Shown here piece after piece: positions 19,783 to 29,378 of a stretch of DNA of 64,000 nt. Each line of letters starts with the position of its first letter. Positions within the stretch are counted from its first letter, which is position 1. Under the pieces are notes generated by a model that worked only from the letters and a program-made list of their open reading frames with translations, had not been told where the DNA came from and did no database searches. The position numbers and the translations under genes were made by a program. Location: NCBI GenBank assembly GCA_963733295.1, contig CAVTCS010000005.1, positions 132,874-196,873 on the forward strand. Direction: 5' to 3'. The DNA comes from Vulcanimicrobiota bacterium (GTDB lineage Bacteria; Vulcanimicrobiota; Vulcanimicrobiia; Vulcanimicrobiales; Vulcanimicrobiaceae).

Positions 19783-20118
19783 GGTGTTACCGCGGTAATT
19801 TCCCCGCGATATAAAGGCGAACAGTCTCGCAGCAACCTCGAAGGGCATTGGGCGGCCTTTTGCAACCTTCTTGGACGGCGTTATGAATTTTAACCGATAG
19901 ACTTTAGCGGTTGGATCCGGATCGGCGCTCGCTGCCAGTCGCACCAGCTGCGAGCCAAACGCTATTGTATCGCCGGGTTTGCCGCAATGCAGCACCGTCG
20001 GACACATAAGAACCGGCGCATTTCGAGCTCCGACCGAGACACGAGAAAACTTGCGTTTCCGGTCATCTGGAAGTCGCCAGGCATGGCGCGGCTCCCCGCC
20101 CGGCGTACTACGCGCTAG

Positions 20119-22500
20119 ATGAAGGTGCCGATCGGGTGGCTGCGCGACTACGTCGACGTTTCGCTCTCCAGCGACGAAGTCGCCGAGAGGTTTGCGCAGC
20201 TTGGATTTCCGGTCGAAAGCATCGAGCGGCGTACGCAGCTCTCGGGTGTCGTCAGCGGCAAGCTGGTTCGCGTCGAGAAGCATCCAAACGCGGACCGGCT
20301 ACAGGTTTGCAAGGTCGACGTCGGGGGCGGCGAGCTTCTGACCATCGCCACGGCGGCGACGAACGTGGCGGAGGGGCAGATCGTACCGGTCGCCACGATC
20401 GGGGCGCAGCTGGTCGGGCTGAGCATCGCTCCGCGCGAGATGCGCGGGGTTGCTTCGCAGGGCATGTTGTGCTCGGCCGGCGAGCTCGGTTTGAACGCCG
20501 ATTGGTTCGAGGACGGCATTCTCCAGCTCGATGCGGGCTCGGCGCTCGGCTCGGACGTCGTGGCGGAGTTTCGCCTCAACGACGACGTGCTCGAGGTGGA
20601 GGTCACCGCAAACCGCGTCGACGCGATGTCGGTGCTGGGACTCGCCCGGGAGCTGGCCGCGGCGACGGGGCAACCCTTACGCGAGCCGGAGACCACCGTC
20701 CACGTCGCCGAGCCGGCGGACGCGATCGTGACGATCGAGACGCCGGATTGCCGACGCTTCGTGGCGCAGCGGTTTTCGCAGTTGCACGTGAAAGCGTCAC
20801 CGTTTTGGATGCAAGTTCGCTTGGCGCTCGCGGGGCAGCGGCCGATCGACAACCTCGTCGACATTTCGAACTTCGTGATGTTGGAAACGGCGCAGCCGCT
20901 GCACTTCTACGACTTCCAACGGCTAGCGGGCGGCGAGATCATCGTGCGGGACGCGCGTCCGGGTGAAATCCTGCGCACGCTTGACGGTGCGGAGCGCGAG
21001 CTCGACGGAAGCGAGCTCGTCATCGCGGACGCGCTCGAGGCGCAGGGACTCGCCGGTCTGATGGGCGGCGCGGTGAGCGAGGTGACCTCCAACACGCGCG
21101 AGCTCTTGCTCGAAGCGGCCACGTTCAGCGGACCGCGCGTTCGACGCACGGCGCTTGCGCTCGGGATGCGCACCGAAGCATCGAGCCGGCACGAGAAGGG
21201 ACTTCCGCCGGGCTTGAGTTCGCTCGGTGCCGCGCGCGCCGCCCACTTGCTCGGACGCGAGGGAGCCACCGTTCACCCGCCCATCGCGTTCGGCGCGCCG
21301 CTTCCAAAGCCACATGCGGTCGCGCTAGAGTTCCGCGACGTTCCCAAACTCCTCGGAGTCGATCTGACGGGAGGCGAGGTCGAGCGCGCGCTACGTTCGC
21401 TCGGATTCGTGGTGGAGGGCATCCAGCGATCCTCTCAGATCGACGACCTCTCGAACACGGTCGAGGTGGCGCCTCCGTATTGGCGCAACGACATCGCAAT
21501 CAAAGAGGACCTCATCGAAGAGGTCGGCCGCGTCGTCGGTTACGATCGTATCCCCGCGGTGCAACCTCCCGCCTTCGTGCAGGACGTCTCGAGCAAAGAC
21601 TTTCACGACGAGCACCGCATCGCGCACACCCTAGCCTCGCTCGGGTATCGGGAGACGGTGAACTTCGCGTTGCAGCCCGCCTCGGTGGCCGAGCGCTTCG
21701 CTCGCGCAGGCATTCCGTTGCCCGGCCCCGCCGTCGAAATAACGAATCCGCTGTCTGAGGATCAGCGCTACTTGCGCTTTTCGCTTTTGCCGGGACTGCT
21801 CGCGCTGGCCGCGCGATTCGCTCGCGGCGAAGAACTGCGGCTGTTTGAAATCGGGCACACGTTCGAAGGCGCGCCCGAACCCTTCGAGACGGCGATGGCC
21901 GTATGGATGCTCGTTACGCCGAACGGCGACGAGCCCGAGTGGCACGATTCGGGATTCTTGCAGTTTAAGGGCGACTCGATGGCGCTGCTGCGCACCTTGA
22001 CGGGGCGCGAGAGCGAGGCGGTCAGCTCGCAACTCGCGGGGTTACATCCGGGACGGACGGCGCGGCTGCTCGTCGACGGGCGCGACGTCGCATCGGCCGG
22101 CGCGGTCGACCCGCGCCTGCTCGCCGAGTTTGAAATCGACGCGCAGGTCTATGCCGGCTTGATGCGCCTCGCCGATTTGCCCGGCTATCAGATCCCGCGC
22201 TTCAAAGCGCCCTCGCGCTTTCCGGCGATCGAGCGCGATCTGGCGCTGGTCGTCGCGAAAGAGATTCCGGCCAAGGACGTCGCGCACGCCGTACGCGAAG
22301 GCGGCGACGGCGTACTGGCCGGCGTGCAGGTTTTCGACGAATACCGCGGTCCGCAAATCGCGCCCGACAAGAAGAGCATCGCCGTGCGCATCGTCCTGCA
22401 GCGCGATGACGCGACCTTGACCGATGCGGAGGCCGACGCGCACATCCGCACGATCCTCGCGACGCTCGAGGAGCGTTGTGGAGCGCGCATCCGGGCGTGA
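20119..22500 (+). CDS. pheT: Phenylalanine-tRNA ligase beta subunit
   Basis: MKVPIGWLRDY, KHPNADRL, MRGVASQGMLCS, VDISNFVMLE..QPLHFYD, FDX-ACB C-terminus SRFPAIERDLA. Confidence 0.97.
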   Translation: MKVPIGWLRDYVDVSLSSDEVAERFAQLGFPVESIERRTQLSGVVSGKLVRVEKHPNADRLQVCKVDVGGGELLTIATAATNVAEGQIVPVATIGAQLVGLSIAPREMRGVASQGMLCSAGELGLNADWFEDGILQLDAGSALGSDVVAEFRLNDDVLEVEVTANRVDAMSVLGLARELAAATGQPLREPETTVHVAEPADAIVTIETPDCRRFVAQRFSQLHVKASPFWMQVRLALAGQRPIDNLVDISNFVMLETAQPLHFYDFQRLAGGEIIVRDARPGEILRTLDGAERELDGSELVIADALEAQGLAGLMGGAVSEVTSNTRELLLEAATFSGPRVRRTALALGMRTEASSRHEKGLPPGLSSLGAARAAHLLGREGATVHPPIAFGAPLPKPHAVALEFRDVPKLLGVDLTGGEVERALRSLGFVVEGIQRSSQIDDLSNTVEVAPPYWRNDIAIKEDLIEEVGRVVGYDRIPAVQPPAFVQDVSSKDFHDEHRIAHTLASLGYRETVNFALQPASVAERFARAGIPLPGPAVEITNPLSEDQRYLRFSLLPGLLALAARFARGEELRLFEIGHTFEGAPEPFETAMAVWMLVTPNGDEPEWHDSGFLQFKGDSMALLRTLTGRESEAVSSQLAGLHPGRTARLLVDGRDVASAGAVDPRLLAEFEIDAQVYAGLMRLADLPGYQIPRFKAPSRFPAIERDLALVVAKEIPAKDVAHAVREGGDGVLAGVQVFDEYRGPQIAPDKKSIAVRIVLQRDDATLTDAEADAHIRTILATLEERCGARIRA

Positions 22501-23033
22501 GCCTCGCGTGGCCGGACATCGTCATCGGCGCGGTGCTGATCCTGGGAGCGCTCAAAGGCTTCAAACGCGGGTTCATTGCCGAGATTACCGGTTTCATCGC
22601 GCTGGCTTTCGGTCTGGTCGCAGCGTTCATCTATCCCGGTAGCTGGGACGGCTTCGCGCGGGATTGGCTCCATCTCGGACCGGGTTCGGCGCACGTGGTC
22701 GCGACGATCGCTTATGGATCGCTCGTCTACGCGCTCGTCTTCGGCGTCGGCATGGTGCTCTCGCGAATCGCGAAGCTACCGGTCATCGGAATCGGCAACG
22801 GCATCCTCGGTGCGGGCGTGGGTCTCGTGAAGGCACTGCTGTTCGTATGGGCCATCGTGTACGTCGCGCTCTTCTTCCCGCTGACTCCGGATCTGCGCGC
22901 CGACTTGCATCGATCGCACTTCATCGCCGTACTCCAAGCGCCGGACGAGCGGCTCGACGGGGTGATGCGCAACTCGCTCCCATGGTTCGTGCAGCCCTTC
23001 GCCGGCGCGATGTTCGACCAGCACAAAGTCTAG
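22497..23033 (+). CDS. CvpA family membrane protein
   Basis: DIVI..GFKRGFIAE..GILGAGVG; GTGA overlap with pheT. Confidence 0.85.
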   Translation: MSLAWPDIVIGAVLILGALKGFKRGFIAEITGFIALAFGLVAAFIYPGSWDGFARDWLHLGPGSAHVVATIAYGSLVYALVFGVGMVLSRIAKLPVIGIGNGILGAGVGLVKALLFVWAIVYVALFFPLTPDLRADLHRSHFIAVLQAPDERLDGVMRNSLPWFVQPFAGAMFDQHKV

Positions 23034-23058
23034 GGGCAGCTCCGGTTCGACGAAGGCG

Positions 23059-24231
23059 CTAGCGCGCGAGCGCGGGACTACGCTCGCCGGCGAGAAAAAC
23101 TTCGAGCGCGGCGCTGAGGCCCGCGCCGGAGGCGTGCTCGTGTCCGTGCTCGCGCAGCGCGAGTTCGAGAGCGCCGATACCACCGAGAATGTCGCCGCGG
23201 CTGAGGTCGCCCATCGTTCCCATGCGGATGATCTTGCCTTTGAGTTCTTGCTGACCGCCGCCCATGACGACCCCGTCGCGTTCGCGCAGCGTGCGGCGTA
23301 GAGCCTCGGCGTCGACACCGGCAGGGACGCGGATCGCGACGACCGTCACCGAATGCGCGCCCGGTTGCGAGAAGATTTCGAGCCCGATGGCCTCGGCGGC
23401 GGCGCGAATCGCCTTCGCGTATTGAAAATGACGCGCCCACGACGCCTCCGCGCCGGCCGCAAGAAAGCGTTCGAGCGCTACGTCCACGGCGAAGACGATC
23501 GAGACGGGCGGCGTCCACGGCGTCTGCCCGTTCGTCGCGAACTCACGCGCCTTGGCGAGGTCGAGGTAGAAGCGCGGCAAGCGCGCGGCTTCGATGCGCT
23601 GCCAAGCGCGCTCGCCCACGGCGACCATCGCGACGCCGGGCGGCGCGGCTAGCGCCTTTTGCGACGCGGTCACGACGATGTCGAAACCCCATTCGTCCAT
23701 CCGGAACTCACTCGCGCCGAGACCGCTGACGGAATCGACGACGACGGTCGCCGGATGCTCGCCGATCGCATCGGCGAGAGCGCCCATGTCGTTTTCCACA
23801 CCGGTCGAAGTCTCGTTGTGCGTGAGCAGGATGCCGGCGATGCGCTCGGCGCCCTTCGCTTCGAGCCGAGCGGCGAGCGCTTTGGGGTCGGTAGCCTGAC
23901 CGTAGGGCGTGTCGAGAACCTCGACTTCCAGTCCATACGTGCGCGCGATCGAAATCAAACGCTTGCCGAACACCCCGATGGGACACGCAAGCACGGTGTC
24001 GCGTGGCGAAAAAACGCTCGACACCGCCGCTTCGAGACCACCGGTTCCGGAATTCCCGAGAAGCACGACCTCCGCGCTCGTTCCGAACAGCTCCCTCATC
24101 CGGGTTGAGACTCGCTCGAGCAATTCGGCGAAATATGGTCCGCGGTGATCGACGAGCGGCCGTGCCATAGCGGCGAGCACGGGTGCGGAAACGGTCACCG
24201 GTCCCGGAATGAAGAGCAACTGCTTTTCCAT
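23059..24231 (-). CDS. Class V PLP aminotransferase (alanine-glyoxylate/serine-pyruvate family)
   Basis: LFIPGP, HNETSTG, VDSVS, ASQKAL..PPG, TPWTPP, RMGTMG. Confidence 0.92.
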   Translation of the reverse strand: MEKQLLFIPGPVTVSAPVLAAMARPLVDHRGPYFAELLERVSTRMRELFGTSAEVVLLGNSGTGGLEAAVSSVFSPRDTVLACPIGVFGKRLISIARTYGLEVEVLDTPYGQATDPKALAARLEAKGAERIAGILLTHNETSTGVENDMGALADAIGEHPATVVVDSVSGLGASEFRMDEWGFDIVVTASQKALAAPPGVAMVAVGERAWQRIEAARLPRFYLDLAKAREFATNGQTPWTPPVSIVFAVDVALERFLAAGAEASWARHFQYAKAIRAAAEAIGLEIFSQPGAHSVTVVAIRVPAGVDAEALRRTLRERDGVVMGGGQQELKGKIIRMGTMGDLSRGDILGGIGALELALREHGHEHASGAGLSAALEVFLAGERSPALAR

Positions 24232-24295
24232 CGTCGCCTCGGCAAGTTCGTGCGCGCGGAAAGCGGTCCCCGCCTGACACGCCGAAGAATGCTCG

Positions 24296-25336
24296 ATGGA
24301 GCAACCACGGATCCGGCTGACGGCACTCTCTTCGGGCGGCGGTTGAGCGAGTAAAGTCGGCTCAGCCGACCTGGCGCAGGTCCTGCGCCACTTATCGCCT
24401 AGCCTCGACCCGAACGTGCTCGTCGGTTTTTCCACCAGCGACGACGCCGGTGTCTACAAGATTTCAGACGACCTCGCACTCGTGCAGACCGTCGACTTCT
24501 TCACGCCCATCGTCGACGATCCGTTCGACTTCGGCCGCATCGCGGCGGCGAACGCGCTCTCGGACATCTATGCGATGGGCGCGACGCCGCTGACCGCGTT
24601 GAACGTCGCGGGCTTCCCGATCGAGGAGTACGGCGGCGAGCTTCTGACGCGAATCCTGGAAGGCGGGGCCGCGATCGTGCGCGAGGCCGGCGTGGCGCTG
24701 CTCGGCGGACACACGGTGAAGGCCGACGAGCCGATTTACGGCCTCGCGGTGACCGGCATCGTACACCCGGACAAAATCGTCAGCAACGCCGGCGCGCGCG
24801 TCGGAGACGCGCTCGTGCTGACCAAACCGCTCGGTACCGGTATTCTGTCGGCAGCACTCAAGAAGGGCTCGATCGACGAAGCGCAGATGAAAACGGCCAT
24901 CGCGTCGATGACGACGCTCAACGCCGCGGCGGCACGCGCGATGCTCGCAGCCGGCGTGCATGCCGCGACCGACGTGACGGGTTTCGGGCTGCTCGGCCAC
25001 GCCCGCGAGATGGCCCGCGCGAGCAACGTGCGCCTGCGCTTCCGGGCGTCTCGCGTACCGGTGTTCGACCTCGTGCGCGACATGCTCGCGGTCGGCATCG
25101 CACCGGGCGGCACGCGAACCAATGCTCGCGAGCACGAGGTGTTCACCGGATTCGCGCCGGAGGTCGACGCGCAAACGCGCCTCATCTTGAGCGATGCGCA
25201 AACCTCCGGCGGCCTCCTCATCGCTCTCCCGCGCGCCGCTCTGCCTCAACTTCTTAGCGGGCTCGAAGAGAGCGGGCATACGGCAGCCGAGGTCGGTTCG
25301 GTTGAAACCGGGAGCGCACTCTTCGTCGAGCGCTAA
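24296..25336 (+). CDS. selD: Selenophosphate synthetase SelD containing selenocysteine (UGA at 24344-24346)
   Basis: MEQPRIRLTALSSGGG-U-ASKV in frame with DDAGVY, QTVDFFTPIVDDP, GGHTV, LTKPLGTG, TDVTGFGLLGH, DAQTSGGLL. Confidence 0.93.
24347..24382 (+). promoter_or_regulatory. Candidate bacterial SECIS element
   Basis: Two alternative hairpins right after UGA: GTCGGC-tca-GCCGAC (24356-24370) and GACCTG-gcg-CAGGTC (24368-24382, G-initial loop). Confidence 0.5.
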
Positions 25337-25340
25337 AACC

Positions 25341-26426
25341 TTACGGCGCGAAGAGGATGTCCGTCGGCGCGAGCGTCGCGCTCTGCATGCTGAAGAGCGG
25401 GGACTTGACGCCGGCCGCGCCGGCCGGGAAGGCGACGAGATTGTAGGTGACGGAGCTTCCCGCGATCACAAACTGTGCACCGTACACGTTGTTGTTTGAA
25501 TCGACGGCGATCGGACTTTGTGCCCAGTTCAAGGCGGATGATTGGAAAACGGTTTGGGGCGATGCGTTACCGGAGGCGCCCGGAGCGAACACGTACACCT
25601 CGTTCGTCGTGCCGTCGAACGTCGTTAACGTTCCATCCGGGCCGACGGCGAGCGAGGTCACCGAAGAGAACCCCGAATTCGTGCCGCCGATCGTCCGCAG
25701 CGGTGCCGAACTCGGGTTAGCTGCCGCGAAAACGAGGATGGAGGCCGTGCCCGTCGACGGCGAGTTCACGACGTAGAGGTTGTCGCTCGAGTCGATGCGC
25801 ACGAGCGTCGGCGCGGTTACACCGGGCGCAGAGATCTTCGTCGGGGTCGTCGTCGGGGAGAAGCCGGCCGGATATTCGTAGACGCTGTAAACCGAGGGAA
25901 ATCCGTTCGGCGTCCCGACGACGAACACGTCTCCATGCGAATCGACCGCAAGGCTCTCGATCAGCAGCAACAAGTTGGGATTGCTCAACGGTGGAAGGTA
26001 GAAGCTATTGATGACCGTCGTCGGCGCGTTCCCGGCGCTGAGCTGCGCGGCGCTGTACTCGACGACCAAGTCACCGGCGTCGGTATTGCCGGTCGCAAAA
26101 AGCGAGCCGGCCGGACCCCAAGCCAGCGTTCCTCCATAAGGATAGAGCGACGCCGAGCTTACTTTTCGCGGCGTTGCGGCGTTGACGGAGCCCGCGGAAA
26201 ACACGTCGATCTCGCCGTTACCGCCGCCCAGGGCGTTTATGTTCTCGTAGACGTATGCCGCTGCGGGTAGCGAGCTCGGAGCCGGCGCCCTCGTCGGTTG
26301 ACCGGTCGGGGTCGCGATCGGATTACCGGACGGACGGGTGTTTGGCGTGCTGCTTCCGCCACCGCACGCCGAGATCGCAAACGCGCACGCAAAAAATGCC
26401 GTGTAACGGAAAAGTGCCGGGCTCAC
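25341..26426 (-). CDS. Lipoprotein with NHL-like beta-propeller repeats
   Basis: Lipobox ISAC-GGGS, Pro/Thr linker, repeats LAVDSHGDVFV, IDSSDNLYVVN, IAVDSNNNVY. Confidence 0.8.
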   Translation of the reverse strand: MSPALFRYTAFFACAFAISACGGGSSTPNTRPSGNPIATPTGQPTRAPAPSSLPAAAYVYENINALGGGNGEIDVFSAGSVNAATPRKVSSASLYPYGGTLAWGPAGSLFATGNTDAGDLVVEYSAAQLSAGNAPTTVINSFYLPPLSNPNLLLLIESLAVDSHGDVFVVGTPNGFPSVYSVYEYPAGFSPTTTPTKISAPGVTAPTLVRIDSSDNLYVVNSPSTGTASILVFAAANPSSAPLRTIGGTNSGFSSVTSLAVGPDGTLTTFDGTTNEVYVFAPGASGNASPQTVFQSSALNWAQSPIAVDSNNNVYGAQFVIAGSSVTYNLVAFPAGAAGVKSPLFSMQSATLAPTDILFAP

Positions 26427-26492
26427 CGTTCCGGACTCTCACTCGCAAGCGTCCGAGTCCTCCCTGCGCCGGCGGACCGCGAACACATTCGA

Positions 26493-26526
26493 AAGAAGCG
26501 GCGGACCTGAGTCCTGCCGCTTCTTC
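26493..26526. terminator. Bidirectional intrinsic terminator-like hairpin
   Basis: AAGAAGCGGC-GGAC-ctga-GTCC-t-GCCGCTTCTT with T-rich flank. Confidence 0.65.
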
Positions 26527-26534
26527 GTTTGTTT

Positions 26535-26789
26535 TTACGGGGGCCGCGTTTTCCGGCTGGTCCTGAGGATGACTCGTTCGCGAGCCAACCGCCGCAGGCC
26601 GTCGCTGGAGCGCCCGGGCAATTCGACGGAGCGCTCCCAAATCGTCGCGTCGAAACCTTTCGCTATCTGCGGATAGGCGCGCTCGAAACCGAGTTCGAGC
26701 AGGGCGTCGCGGTTGTCGGTGACCGGTGTCGTGCCGTGACGCAGCAGGTTCGTGATGGCGACCGCGGAGTGAGCGATCGAGATCCCCAC
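26535..26789 (-). CDS. Small hypothetical protein (start uncertain)
   Basis: 84 aa ORF between SPW gene and terminator; no recognised domain. Confidence 0.4.
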   Translation of the reverse strand: MGISIAHSAVAITNLLRHGTTPVTDNRDALLELGFERAYPQIAKGFDATIWERSVELPGRSSDGLRRLARERVILRTSRKTRPP

Positions 26790-26802
26790 GGGACGAGCGT
26801 CA

Positions 26803-27180
26803 TCACGCGCGGAGGGTTCGCCGGCTCGACGACGACTCGTAGCCCTGCGCGACCAACCCGGTCACGATTGTCATGATGCCGAGAACGATATTGCTCCACG
26901 TCATCGTGGGACCCACGAACGAAATCGAGATCAGCAGCCAAACGCCCAGCAGTACGTTCGCGATCGGCCAATAGTTTTTTCCGTGCACGCTCTGCGCGAT
27001 GAGTGCGATGATGGCGATGATGATTCCGGTGACCGTCATATCCCACTGCGCCGCCAGGGTGTTCGCATGGAGGGCCCAAGGCGAGATCAGCACGAGGATC
27101 CCCGTTACGAAGTTGATCCACGGGACGCGAGTTGCGAGTGCCACGCTTTCGGATTCCTTCATGTTCGATACAACCTCCAT
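26803..27180 (-). CDS. SPW-repeat membrane protein
   Basis: WINFVTGILVLISPW and NVLLGVWLLIS duplicated TM hairpins. Confidence 0.8.
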   Translation of the reverse strand: MEVVSNMKESESVALATRVPWINFVTGILVLISPWALHANTLAAQWDMTVTGIIIAIIALIAQSVHGKNYWPIANVLLGVWLLISISFVGPTMTWSNIVLGIMTIVTGLVAQGYESSSSRRTLRA

Positions 27181-27304
27181 GCATATGCTAACAACGCCGC
27201 CGCGAAGCTTCGCCGACCCAGGTCGGTGATGCGCGCCGGCAGTTCACCGAAAAACCGACCTGGGTCGTTGAGTCTTATCCGCCTCGCATTCGACTATCGC
27301 AGGT

Positions 27305-27754
27305 ATGGAGAGAAGCTCGAACGGCGAGGTCGACGACGCTCGTTCCGAATGGGAATTTGGTATCGTAGGCGGATTCGCTACAGCGAAGAACGCCTTCAGC
27401 GCGCTTCACGCCCTCCATGCGAAAGGATGGAATCGAACGTGGATCGGGTTTTTCCGAATCGCGCCGAACGGCGGAGAAGGCCCCGTCGTCGACGTCGAGT
27501 GGGAAGGTAACCCGTTCGATGCGCTCGGCGTCTTCCCGATGTGCGATGGCGGGCGACGCCCGCTGCGTGAGGCCCTCAGCCGCCGAGGCGTACCCCAAGA
27601 AGAAGCCCGCTCCTTCGAACGGATCGTTGCGTCCGGCAGCATCGTTCTGGTCGTCGTCGATGCGAACGGACGCATCGACGAAGGACGCGCGATCCTCGCC
27701 GCGCACGGCGCTCGGCTCGCGCACCCGAGGGAACCACCCTCTAGCCGGCCTTGA
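27305..27754 (+). CDS. Hypothetical protein, general-stress/YflT-like
   Basis: VGGF..A..ALHALHAKGW and L..RGVPQEEARSFE..V.SG.IVLVV pattern. Confidence 0.5.
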   Translation: MERSSNGEVDDARSEWEFGIVGGFATAKNAFSALHALHAKGWNRTWIGFFRIAPNGGEGPVVDVEWEGNPFDALGVFPMCDGGRRPLREALSRRGVPQEEARSFERIVASGSIVLVVVDANGRIDEGRAILAAHGARLAHPREPPSSRP

Positions 27755-27854
27755 GGCCGCTGCGATGCCGGCGATTCAAACCGTTGCGATGCCGGTATAA
27801 CCGGATCGGGGGGTCTCGAGGATTCGGCTTGCGTAAGCCATCCACCGAGGAGCG

Positions 27855-28799
27855 ATGCTGAAGACCAACGAGAGAGACCGAACCAAAGCGGAACTGGACG
27901 TTCGCTCATGCACGACCGCCCAAAGGTACGAGCGCGTCTTGACGGCATTCGAAGCTCTCCGCGAAGGTTCGTCGCTGCGAATCATCGTCGATCACGAGCC
28001 CAGAGCTTTTCGCCTTCGGCTCGGTGCGATGCATGCCGGGCACTACGTTTGGGCCCAGCGGAATCTCGACGAGGACTACTGGGAAGCGACGATTACGCGC
28101 GTCGCCCCCCTCGTCGGAGCGACGCTGCGCGAGGCAGCCTTGCACTGTTCGGCCCTCTTTACCGATCTGCCGCGGGAAGCCCGGCGAACGCTCGCACAGG
28201 CAACCTTCGAGCGCTCGTTCCATGCCGGCGAGAGCGTGGTCGAGCAGGGAACCGCTTGGCCCTACGTTGGCCTCGTGACGGCCGGCAGCGTCGCGGCAGT
28301 CGTCAACACCGACGCCGGCCGCGACTACTACTTGTATTACGCCTTCCCGTCGGACGTTTTCGGCGAGATTCAGGCGCTCGATACCGGCGTTACGATCGCT
28401 CGTTTCGTGGCACGCGCCACCGAGACCGAGGTGCTCTTGCTGCCGCGTGAGCCGTTGCTCGAGCTGGCCGAAACCGACGGCAAGTTCATGCGCCGGCTGG
28501 CCACGGTATGCGCGCAGCGCGCGCGACTCACCCACGAGATGCTGTATGCGCGCGCGACCAAATCGACGATCGCGCGGCTAGCCGCCACCATCCTTCCCTA
28601 TGCGACGCCGGTGGACGGCACGGCCAGGGCCTTGCAGCCGTTGCCGTCGATGACGCAGAGCGAACTCGCCTCCGCGGCCGGGACGGTCAAGGACGTGGTC
28701 GGTCGCGACCTCGCCACGCTGCGAGCTGCGGGCGCCATCGATCTGCGCGGCGGCCGAGTCGCGGGAATCGATGAGGCGAAGTTGCGGGCATTCCTATGA
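27855..28799 (+). CDS. Crp/Fnr regulator with N-terminal DUF2249 domain
   Basis: LDVR..F.AL..G..L.IIVDHEP (DUF2249), cNMP domain FGE, HTH MTQSELASAAGTVKDVVGRDLATL. Confidence 0.85.
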   Translation: MLKTNERDRTKAELDVRSCTTAQRYERVLTAFEALREGSSLRIIVDHEPRAFRLRLGAMHAGHYVWAQRNLDEDYWEATITRVAPLVGATLREAALHCSALFTDLPREARRTLAQATFERSFHAGESVVEQGTAWPYVGLVTAGSVAAVVNTDAGRDYYLYYAFPSDVFGEIQALDTGVTIARFVARATETEVLLLPREPLLELAETDGKFMRRLATVCAQRARLTHEMLYARATKSTIARLAATILPYATPVDGTARALQPLPSMTQSELASAAGTVKDVVGRDLATLRAAGAIDLRGGRVAGIDEAKLRAFL

Positions 28800-29378
28800 C
28801 GAAAGCGCACCGTCCGGTTGCGCTCGTTCGTCGAAGAGCACGTCGTAGCGTAACGTCCCGTCGGCCGTAACGCGCACGCCCGCGGTCAAGACGTGCGGCC
28901 GCAATTTGCCGTCGTGCATCAAATGGAGGACGGCGGCGCCGTGCGTCAACTCGCTCGCATCCGCGATCAGCCGCCGATGGCAGCGCCACCACAACGTTTC
29001 GGAGCACATTATCGCGGTGGGCGTGTCGGCCGCGCGCGCCAAGAGTTCGTCCAAGGCTAATGCGAACGCGCCGGATTCCATGTAGTCGGCGTACGCACGG
29101 AACGAGGGGTGACGTAGCGCGACGTTGCTGCTATCGCGGTGCACCGCGCGAAAACCGCCAAGCGCGGGCTGCCAGAGATACGCGCTGCCGCTGAGTTCCG
29201 GTACCCAGCGTTCCATTTCTTCGCGCCAGAACTGCGGATGGCGCCGGCTCTTCGGCACCGTCCGGACGTCGACGACCTGCTCGATCCCGGCGTCCCGGAT
29301 CAGCTTGGCGAGTTCGCCGGCGCTCGCGGTCCCGTGGCCGAACGTCAGCAGCCGCGCTCTATCTTGCCGATCCGCCAC
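28794..29378 (-). CDS. DUF488 family protein
   Basis: TFGHGT, VDVRTVPKSRRHPQF, LGGFR, FRAYADYM, MCSETLWWRCHRRLIAD. Confidence 0.9.
   Translation of the reverse strand: MADRQDRARLLTFGHGTASAGELAKLIRDAGIEQVVDVRTVPKSRRHPQFWREEMERWVPELSGSAYLWQPALGGFRAVHRDSSNVALRHPSFRAYADYMESGAFALALDELLARAADTPTAIMCSETLWWRCHRRLIADASELTHGAAVLHLMHDGKLRPHVLTAGVRVTADGTLRYDVLFDERAQPDGALSS

Noticed and set aside
19741..20283. 180-aa minus-strand ORF
   Set aside because: Overlaps pheT and the HTH gene; no recognisable domain or RBS
26430..26492. Riboswitch or LexA box upstream of lipoprotein gene
   Set aside because: Only a short GGACTC/GAGTCC stem; CGAACACATTCG has wrong spacing; no known aptamer motif recognised
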